From the NCBI GenBank assembly GCA_000004985.1, contig GG738874.1: 64,000 nucleotides of DNA, one strand, 5' to 3'. Below, in pieces: positions 63,846-64,000 of this stretch. The stretch's first letter is position 1. The number at the start of each line of letters is the position of its first letter. The translations under genes were made by a program, and so were the position numbers. The stretch is from Naegleria gruberi (Eukaryota). The notes under the pieces are model-generated. The model saw only the letters and a program-made list of their open reading frames with translations, had not been told where the DNA came from and did not search any database.

Positions 63846-64000
63846 AATCAAATATTGACAATTGACGGATCCAATGGTGTATCACTTGCGATTGAAGGCA
63901 TGATAGATGTTGGAGTGCTCACCTGTTGATCGATTTGGATCGATTCATTCCATTCCTTGTAAGAAGAAGTCAACTTTAATCTGCCAAAGGTATCATTCAC

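Noticed and set aside
1-64000. Prokaryotic-type features (operons, CRISPR arrays, RBS, rho-independent terminators)
   Set aside because: The sequence has spliceosomal introns and eukaryotic proteins (dynactin, twinfilin, CapZ, JmjC, F-box). No direct-repeat/spacer arrays were seen. The only repeats are the two dispersed pairs described above.

Overview
This window is a gene-dense, AT-rich eukaryotic chromosomal segment with roughly 40 protein-coding genes in 64 kb. The evidence for a eukaryote is short spliceosomal introns of about 30-130 nt with GTAAGT/GTATGT donors and pyrimidine-rich YAG acceptors, A-rich sequence before start codons, and three nuclear-type tRNA genes. The gene content suggests a free-living amoeboid protist, perhaps Naegleria-like, but that is inference only. 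Supporting features are a PAS-sensor class III adenylyl cyclase, receptor-type kinases, RCC1 and F-box/LRR/MATH proteins, and His/Asn homopolymer runs. Several ORF-track entries start at TTG/GTG and were re-anchored to ATG or joined across introns.

Confidently recognisable genes:
- A mitochondrial Mrp/NBP35 (Ind1-like) Fe-S ATPase.
- A Rad60/Esc2/NIP45-type protein with two SUMO-like domains.
- A GH15 glucoamylase/trehalase-like hydrolase.
- Dynactin subunit 2 (dynamitin).
- A metallo-beta-lactamase-fold protein and a classical short-chain dehydrogenase.
- A large membrane adenylyl cyclase with a PAS domain.
- A zinc-finger NUDIX hydrolase, an RI-like LRR protein, and a JmjN/JmjC demethylase.
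- F-actin capping protein alpha.
- An ABHD11-like hydrolase.
- An F-box/LRR protein with two MATH domains.
- An RCC1-repeat protein.
- tRNA m7G methyltransferase (Trm8/METTL1).
- A four-exon Fused/STK36 kinase.
- Twinfilin.
- An atypical Rho-family GTPase.
- A ferritin-like di-iron (DUF455-like) protein and a 2H phosphoesterase.
- A receptor kinase with a Pmp-like beta-helix ectodomain.
- A large NHL-repeat membrane protein.
- tRNA-Glu(UUC), tRNA-Ile(AAU) and tRNA-Thr(CGU).

The most unusual locus is at 48.3-51.2 kb. A tRNA-Thr gene is followed by a direct repeat, then a gene for a zinc-ribbon protein with two tandem HNH nuclease motifs. That gene has an upstream in-frame TAG and no ATG in its 5' extension. 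It is followed by a second repeat copy and a truncated, roughly 90%-identical second copy of the gene's 5' end. This looks like a selfish or mobile-element-like gene family caught in the middle of decay.

Other notable observations:
- A conserved roughly 60-codon ORF sits upstream of two kinase loci.
- A Wee1/Myt1-like kinase pseudogene is bracketed by direct repeats.
- A decayed adenylyl-cyclase catalytic-domain fragment lies in the twinfilin promoter region.
- A 6-nt microexon supplies the AP of the kinase APE motif.
- A signal-peptide protein is extremely lysine- and cysteine-rich.
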